Assembly: GCA_964016885.1 (NCBI GenBank)
Contig: OZ024741.1
Span: 11,346,001-11,410,000 of the forward strand
Source of the DNA: Eledone cirrhosa
Lineage: Eukaryota
Reading direction: 5' to 3'
Length of the DNA: 64,000 nt
Part shown: piece by piece, positions 57,301-64,000 of the stretch
How positions within the stretch are numbered: the stretch's first letter is position 1
Layout: each line of letters starts with the position of its first letter
The notes under the pieces: generated by a model
Told to the model about the DNA's origin: nothing
Databases searched by the model: none
Seen by the model: the letters and a program-made list of their open reading frames with translations, nothing else
Program-made: the position numbers and the translations under genes

Positions 57301-59426
57301 TTAGACATGTAGTAGTGGTACCGACTGTGGTTGGTACACTGGGAGTAGTTAGTAGGTTAGACATGTAGTAGTGGTACAGACTGTGGTTGGTGTACTGGCA
57401 ATAGTTAGTAGGTTAGACATGTAGTAGTGGTACCAATTGTGGTTGGTACACTGGGAGTAGTTAGTAGGTTAGACATGTAGTAGTGGTACCGACTGTGGTT
57501 GGTGTACTGGCAATAGTTAGTAGGTTAGACATGTAGTAGTGGTACCAATTGTGGTTGGTACACTGGGAGTAGTTAGTAGGTTAGACATGTAGTAGTGGTA
57601 CCGACTGTGGTTGGTACACTGGGAGTAGTTAGTAGGTTAGACATGTAGTAGTGGTACAGACTGTGGTTGGTGTACTGGCAATAGTTAGTAGGTTAGACAT
57701 GTAGTAGTGGTACCAATTGTGGTTGGTACACTGGGAGTAGTTAGTAGGTTAGACATGTAGTAGTGGTACCGACTGTGGTTGGTGTACTGGGAGTAGTTAG
57801 TAGGTTAGACATGTAGTAGTGGTACCAACTGTGGTTGGTACACTGGAAGTAGTTAGTAGGTTAGACATGTAGTAGTGGTACCGACTGTGGTTGGTACACT
57901 GGGAGTAGTTAGTAGGTTAGACATGTAGTAGTGGTACCGACTGTGGTTGGTACACTGGGAGTAGTTAGTAGGTTAGACATGTAGTAGTGGTACCGACTGT
58001 GGTTGGTGTACTGGGAGTAGTTAGTAGGTTAGACATGTAGTAGTGGTACCAACTGTGGTTGGTACACTAGGAGTAGTTAGTAGGTTAGACATGTAGTAGT
58101 GGTACCGACTGTGGTTGGTGTACTGGGAGTAGTTAGTAGGTTAGACATGTAGTAGTGGTACCGACTGTGGTTGGTACACTGGAAGTAGTTAGTATGTTAG
58201 ACCTGTAGTAGTGGTACCGACTGTGGTTGGTGTACTGGGAGTAGTTAGTAGGTTAGACATGTAGTGGTGGTACCGACTGTGGTTGGTACACTGGGAGTAG
58301 TTAGTAGGTTAGAAATCTAGTAGTGGTACCGACTGTGGTTGGTGTACTGGGAGTAGTTAGTAGGTTAGACATGTAGTAGTGGTACCGACTGTGGTTGGTA
58401 CACTGGGAGTAGTTAGTAGGTTAGACATGTAGTAGTGGTACCGACTGTGGTTGGTACACTGGGAGTAGTTAGTAGGTTAGACATGTAGTGGTGGTACCGA
58501 CTGTGGTTGGTACACTGGGAGTAGTTAGTAGGTTAGACATGTAGTAGTGGTACCAACTGTGGTTGGTACACTGGGAGTAGTTAGTAGGTTAGACATGTAG
58601 TAGTGGTACCAACTGTGGTTGGTACACTGGGTGTAGTTAGTAGGTTAGACATGTAGTAGTGGTACCGACTGTGGTTGGTACACTGGGAGTAGTTAGTAGG
58701 TTAGACATGTAGTAGTGGTACCAACTGTGATTGGTACACTGGGAGTAGTTAGTAGGTTAGACATGTAGTGGTGCTACCGACTGTGGTTGGTACACTGGGA
58801 GTAGTTAGTAGGTTAGACATGTAGTAGTGGTACCAACTGTGGTTGGTACACTGGGTGTAGTTAGTAGGTTAGACATGTAGTAGTGGTACCGACTGTGGTT
58901 GGTACACTGAGAGCAGTTAGTAGGTTAGACATGTAGTAGTGGTACCAACTGTGGTTGGTACACTGGGAGTAGTTAGTAGGTTAGACATCTAGTAGTGGTA
59001 CCGACTGTGGTTGGTACACTGGGAGTAGTTAGTAGGTTAGACATGTAGTAGTGGTACCGACTGTGGTTGGTGTACTGGGAGTAGTTAGTAGGTTAGACAT
59101 GTAGTAGTGGTACCAACTGTGGTTGGTGTACTGGGAGTAGTTAGTAGGTTAGACATGTAGTAGTGGTACCGACTGTGGTTGGTGTACTGGGAGTAGTTAG
59201 TAGGTTAGACATGTAGTAGTGGTACCGACTGTGGTTGGTACACTGGGAGTAGTTAGTAGGTTAGACATGTAGTAGTGGTACCGACTGTGGTTGGTACACT
59301 GGGAGTAGTTAGTAGGTTAGACATTTAGTAGTGGTACCGACTGTGGTTGGTACACTGGGAGTAGTTAGTAGGTTAGCTATGTAGTAGTGGTACCGATTGT
59401 GGTTGGTGTACTCGGAGTCGTTAGTA
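12329..59426. repeat. 47-kb satellite array, 56-bp monomer (GACATGTAGTAGTGGTACCGACTGTGGTTGGTACACTGGGAGTAGTTAGTAGGTTA), ~840 copies
   Basis: Head-to-tail period of 56 (e.g. 12441 to 12497); 59-bp, 57-bp and 40-bp variants occur after 27449; no inversion or foreign insertion noticed. Confidence 0.99.
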
Positions 59427-59646
59427 AAAGGTTCGATGCTTGGCTTGAGAAGCTAGGAATTACCATCAGGACAGGATTATTGCAGAAAACAGTCTTGTTA
59501 GGAACAGCAACGATTCTAAGAAGTGTTTTGGAAAGTTGAAGGAGAAGAAATGACCCAAAGGAACTTTGGTCATTGGTTATGCCTTTCTCTTTTGGTAGTG
59601 TTCGTGTAACATCTGCCAGAGCAAAAACATTACGAATAATGATAAT
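59381..59646 (+). mobile_element. R4/Dong-type retrotransposon C-terminus, 3'UTR and (AAT)n tail, right part
   Basis: VVVVPIVVGVLGVVSKRFDAWLEKLGITIRTGLLQKTVLLGTATILRSVLES* (TGA 59537-59539); 3'UTR stem-loop at ~59549-59574; AATAATGATAAT tail. Confidence 0.85.
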
Positions 59647-59850
59647 TTATACTTTAAGCCCAAGGCCAGCAATTTGAAGGAATGGGGAAAGTTAATTAAA
59701 TCGACCGCAGTGCATTACTGGTATTTTATTTTATCAATCATGGAATGAAGAAAGATAACTACAAAAATAATGTTTTTTTTAATTTATGCCCAAGGCCAGC
59801 AATTTTGTTTGAAATCCCAGTATTTAACTGCTACTCTATTTTATTGACCT
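59647..59850 (-). mobile_element. Two 3' fragments of the Nin/Deu-type SINE
   Basis: GCCCAAGGCCAGCAATTT occurs twice; CAGTGCATTACTGGTATTTTATTTTATC present. Confidence 0.6.
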
Positions 59851-59972
59851 ATTCCTGGAAGAAATAATAATTATAATAGTTCCATTAATTTGCCTCAAGA
59901 GCTCTTGATGTATGGGACATTACAAGGATAGGTTACATAGACTGTGGGAGGTTACTAGAAGCAGAAGAAAAT

Positions 59973-60203
59973 TGGTAAAAAGAGGATATTTATATATTAT
60001 CATCATCGTTTAACATTCATTTACCACACTAGCATGGGTAAGAAGGGTGGTCTCTTTGGAAGAGATCAGGTCAGAGGACTGTGTAAGCAAAACACAGTCC
60101 CCTGACCTGATCTCTCCCAAAGGGACAGCCCGTCTTACCCATGCTAGTGTAGTAAATGAATGTTAAACGATGATGATGATATATAAATATCCTCTTTTTA
60201 CCA
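59973..60203. repeat. Fold-back inverted repeat, ~112-bp arms, 7-nt loop
   Basis: TGGTAAAAAGAGGATATTTATAT...GGACTGTGT-AAGCAAA-ACACAGTCC...ATATAAATATCCTCTTTTTACCA; roughly 8 mismatches. Confidence 0.93.
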
Positions 60204-60222
60204 CATATATTATATGACTACA

Positions 60223-60278
60223 CCCGTGAAAAAGCTTGCTGAACACACAAGCTGAAACTGCATGGCATCACAGTTGGG
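60223..60278 (+). ncRNA. Degenerate type I hammerhead-like motif
   Basis: CCC-GTGAAAA-AGCTTG(9 nt)CAAGCT-GAAA-CTG(10 nt)CAG-TT-GGG; three stems form, but the core has two substitutions versus CTGANGA. Confidence 0.4.
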
Positions 60279-61249
60279 ATTTTACATATCTCTATACCCA
60301 CTGCATCTCTGCATGTATTAGTGGTCTCCTTGGTCTCAGCATCACAGACTCTCTCTCTCTCTCTATTATATATATATATATATAATAGAGAGCGAGAGAT
60401 AATATATAATAGTTATGTATCTTTATCAATGTTCTAAAGACTAGGATTATAATTACTTGTTTAAACATTGTGTATGCATGTTCGTCTGGAAGAAACAATT
60501 GTCAGCAATTAAATGTATTAAACTAAAATTTGATTGTTTTATATTTTGTATATGTATGTATATATACATATAACAGAATATAGATAAAAGTACACAAAGA
60601 GAAATGTGTTGAATTATAGGGGACAGCATTCTTTTGGTCCATTCACACCACCATGTGCGGTATAGCACACAGTTCTTGTCTACACCATGTGCTATGCCAG
60701 TTGTCTAATATATGTTTAGAGGTGTAGATCATATTGTTTGTTCCTCCTGTTGATAAGCTATCAGTGGTATGATTCTACACTTAATTTGTGGCGAAACATG
60801 CTTATTGCATATCTAGGAGATATAGTTATAAAAGAATAGTCTATACATTTTAATTTATCCTTTTAATTCTTGTGTATTCTCCATTCTGTTGGTAGATTAT
60901 ATGATTTTCACTCTGGTGATATTATAATTGAACACACATCTCTTTAAGTACTTTTCTCTATATTCTGTCATATAAAGAACCCGGTATTCCTTGAGCTCAT
61001 TAAATTATAGGAGATTAATGTGAGTCTTTAACTCCAGTTTTTAATTTGATATATATATATTGTTATATTTGGGGAGGGTCATATTGTTATAATATGTCCA
61101 GAAATAATAATAGAACACACTCACTGTTTGGTTTGGGTTGGTTTTTGCTTCTGTATCTTTTATATCTCCATAGTTAATTTATTTGGCAATCAATGTTTAT
61201 CATTGATTGACCAATGGTTAAAAGTACAGATATAAATATATATATAGTC

Positions 61250-61293
61250 TATCAAAGTTCTTTCATCACACATCTGTGACATCATCAGTGATA
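61250..61293 (-). ncRNA. Minimal type I hammerhead ribozyme motif (Penelope-like element type)
   Basis: Minus strand: TATCA-CTGATGA-T-GTCACA(GATG)TGTGAT-GAAA-GAAC-TT-TGATA; both core boxes intact. Confidence 0.7.
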
Positions 61294-61361
61294 CTATTAT
61301 GTTTCCTCCCATTATATTATAATGCCTACACCATTTTTATTTAATTTATTTATTTACATAT

Positions 61362-62755
61362 AAACCCAATGACTGGCACAGGAGTACAATTGTAAATTGC
61401 TACAAGGCGATTCAACTACAGAGAAATAAAACTAATGAAAGTGACAGAAAGTTCTAGTAAAGCTAAATAGTAAGTTAAATTAGATGACATTCAGTTTGGT
61501 TTTGTGCCTGAGGAAAGTACTACAGATGTTCTCTTCCTAGTGAGACAACTACAAGAGAAATTCCTAGCCAAAAATAAGCCACTATATCTAACTTTGGTTA
61601 ATCAAGAAAGGGCCTTCCTTTGACAGAATACCTCATTCTGATATCTACCTTAAGAAGATTAAGTGCAGACAAATAGTTAGAGAGAGCAGTGCAAGCCATG
61701 TTCAGTGGAGCTGTCAGTAAAGTGAGAGTAGGAAGTGAGTTTAGTGAGGAATTCAAGATACAGGGAGGATTCATCAGGGTTTGGTTTATATCCTACTGCT
61801 GTTCATTATAGTTCTCCAGGCCATAACAGGAGTTCAAGACTGACTGTCCATGGGAACTTGTCTATGTCAATGATTTGGTCCTTATAGCTGAATCAATAAA
61901 AGAACTAGAGAATAAGTTCCAACTATGGAAACAGAATTTAGAATCAAAAGATCTGAGTGTGTGACCCAGATTCTTTCAGGGAAGTGGCCCTGTTCAATGT
62001 GTAGAAAAGGAGTAGGCATAAACTCCATACAATGTACACAATATAAATCTTGGATTCACAAGAGATGTAGTGGAATATCATGTAGACTAATTGGAATGGA
62101 AAGTAAGGGGAAAAGCGTCATTGATATAAACCTTTTCCAATCACATGAAGGATCCCTAGAAGTGGTTGATAGCTTCTGTTATCCAGGTGACCTAATTAGT
62201 AGCAGAGTAGGTGCTCTGAGAACATAATAGCTAGAATATAGAAGTTTAGAGAGCTACTCCCACTCTTGACAACAAAAGGTTTCTCCCTACGCACAAAAGA
62301 ACGACTGTATCATGCCTGTGTGCAAAGTGCAGTACTGCATGGTAGTGAAACATGGGCATTGGCTGCAGAAGACATGCATTGGCTGGAGAGAAATGGAGAA
62401 GCCATGCTTTGTTGGATGTACCACGTAAGTGTGAGAGAAAGGCAAAGATTGAATGAACTGAGGGAGAAACTCGGTTTAAGAGGAATCCAAGGTGGTATGC
62501 AAGAGAGAAGACTGCGTTGATACGGACATGTGATACACATGGACAATGGTTATTGGGTGAAGAAGAGCCAGGAAATCCTAGTGGAAAGAAGCTGCAGTTG
62601 AGGTAGACCAAGGAAGCTGGTGAGAGCTGATCTTAAATTGCTGAGACTCACAGAGGAGATGACGAAGGAATGTGGTGAGTGGAGAGATGCTGTGCTGAAG
62701 AGGACTTGTACAACCCATGCAAGCGTGGAAAAATGGACATAAAAGTAATGATGAT
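61362..62755 (+). mobile_element. 5'-truncated, decayed RTE-clade LINE (RT domain to 3' tail)
   Basis: PNDWHRSTIVNCYK, NYREIKL, QFGFVPEESTTDVLFLVRQLQEK, IHQG..LLLFIIVLQAI, PWELVYVNDL (YADD decayed), VVDSFCYPGD, LYHACVQSAVLHGSETW, GRPRK; (GAT)n tail; many frameshifts and stops. Confidence 0.92.
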
Positions 62756-63008
62756 ATACATATATATATAAACCCTGCTGGTCTTCCATAAACAACCTTG
62801 CCTGGACTTGTGCCTCAGAGGTGAACTTTCTGGAAGGAAATCCCATGGTCATCCAAAGATGGCTACTTACATATATACCTGAAAGGGTGAGTATGGTTTG
62901 GTTGGCAGAAGTCTTGGGTAGGGATTAGCGTTTAGTTTAGGGTAGTTGCTGAAGGTAAATAGACTGATTGGAGCAATAACAGTCTTATTTACGTATAAAT
63001 ATATATAT

Positions 63009-63215
63009 TCATCATCATCATCATCACTTGTTTTACATCCATTCTTCCAAGCTAGCATGGGTTAGACGGGTTGTCCTTTTGTGGGCAGTTCAGGTTGGGT
63101 GACCTTGTCTTGCTCATACGGGAACTGATTCTGGCTTGATTTCTACAGCTGGATGCCCTTCCTAACACCAACCTCATTTACAGTGTGGGCTGGGTGCTTT
63201 TTTACTGTGGCACCT
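63009..63215 (-). mobile_element. SINE-like element with RTE-type tail and Meta-domain-like core
   Basis: Minus strand GTTGGTGTTAGGAAGGGCATCCAGCTGTAGAAA ... ACCCATGCTAGCTTGGAAGAATGGATGTAAAAC..(GAT)n. Confidence 0.65.
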
Positions 63216-63248
63216 CCACGACCACTTTCCAGTGGGAGGGGGTGGGGA

Positions 63249-63490
63249 CATATATACACATATATATATACATATATATATATACATATATATATACACA
63301 TATATATATACATATATATATACATATATATATATATATACATATATATATACATATATATATACATATATATATACATATATATATATACATATATATA
63401 TTTACATATATATACATATATATATATACATATATATATATACATATATATATATACATATATATATAATATATATGTACATATATATAT
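63249..63490. repeat. (TA)n / TACATA compound microsatellite
   Basis: Direct; source of the YI-rich ORFs. Confidence 0.97.
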
Positions 63491-63795
63491 GAATGTATGT
63501 ATAGTATATTTGGCAATATACCGCATGTTTAATTAAAAACATTTTGAAGACCATACGCTATCGGTTTTAAAGTAATGACTATGTCACTTACTTCTTTTCG
63601 GTGGAAGCAGGGAGTGCGTGGCTCTGATGATCGCCAACCAGCGTAAAACAGACTGTTAGCTTCTCTCCCTTCTTTCGCCAAAAAGAAGTAAGTGACATAG
63701 TCACTACTTTAAAACCGATAGCGTATGGTCTTCAAAATGTTTTTAATTAAACATACGGTATATTGCCAAATATACTATACATACATTCATATATA
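63484..63795. repeat. Long inverted repeat, ~130-bp arms
   Basis: ATGAATGTATGTATAGTATATTTGGCAATATACC...CACTTACTTCTTTT is mirrored at 63680-63795 with 2 mismatches in the outer ~115 bp. Confidence 0.95.
63621..63660 (+). ncRNA. Hammerhead-like motif at hairpin apex (G12-to-A, probably inactive)
   Basis: GCT-CTGATGA-T-CGC(CAACCA)GCG-T-AAAA-CAGACTG-TT-AGC. Confidence 0.55.
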
Positions 63796-63814
63796 CATCG
63801 AGGCATATATACAT

Positions 63815-63958
63815 GGAAGCACATGGCTTAGTGGTTAGAGCATTGGCCTTTCAATCGAAAGGTTGTGAGTTAAATTCTCAGACCGGGTGATGTGTTGTTT
63901 CCTTGAGCAAGACAATTTATTTCACATTGCTCCAGCTTACTCAGCTGTAGAAATGAGA
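63815..63958 (+). mobile_element. tRNA-derived CORE-type SINE
   Basis: A box TGGCTTAGTGG, B-box-like GAGTTAAATTC, core GTTTCCTTGAGCAAGACAATTT. Confidence 0.7.
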
Positions 63959-64000
63959 TGATAGGATTGGGGTCCCTATCATTCCACTGTAAAGTGGTCG

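Noticed and set aside
12329-59426. CRISPR array
   Set aside because: No unique spacers, no cas genes, eukaryotic context; it is a pure tandem repeat
12329-59426. Telomere-derived repeat (TAGGTTAG motif)
   Set aside because: No tandem TTAGG/TTAGGG runs; the motif is created at the junction of retrotransposon coding sequence
60400-61240. Penelope GIY-YIG/RT coding remnant
   Set aside because: Partial manual translation showed no recognisable motif; left unassigned pending a homology search
63143-63536. YI-rich ORFs
   Set aside because: Translations of the (TA)n microsatellite
63815-63885. tRNA gene
   Set aside because: A/B-box-like motifs are present, but no acceptor stem is evident and a SINE core follows

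Overview
Eukaryotic, gene-free, almost entirely repetitive DNA. The SINE, RTE and microsatellite repertoire resembles cephalopod (Octopus-like) genomes; this is inference from recalled motifs, not a search. About 74% of the window (12329-59426) is one satellite array of ~840 copies of a 56-bp monomer. Both array flanks translate as consecutive parts of the C-terminal restriction-like endonuclease (RLE) region of an R4/Dong-type non-LTR retrotransposon, so the satellite appears to have been born inside that ORF. The rest of the window holds 11-, 19-, 30- and 61-bp minisatellites, microsatellites, decayed LINE fragments (RTE, CR1/L2-like, L1/Tx1), tRNA-derived SINEs, a Merlin-like MITE with an 8-bp TSD, a Helitron-like 3' end, two long fold-back palindromes and three hammerhead-ribozyme-like motifs. 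No intact protein-coding gene is supported.
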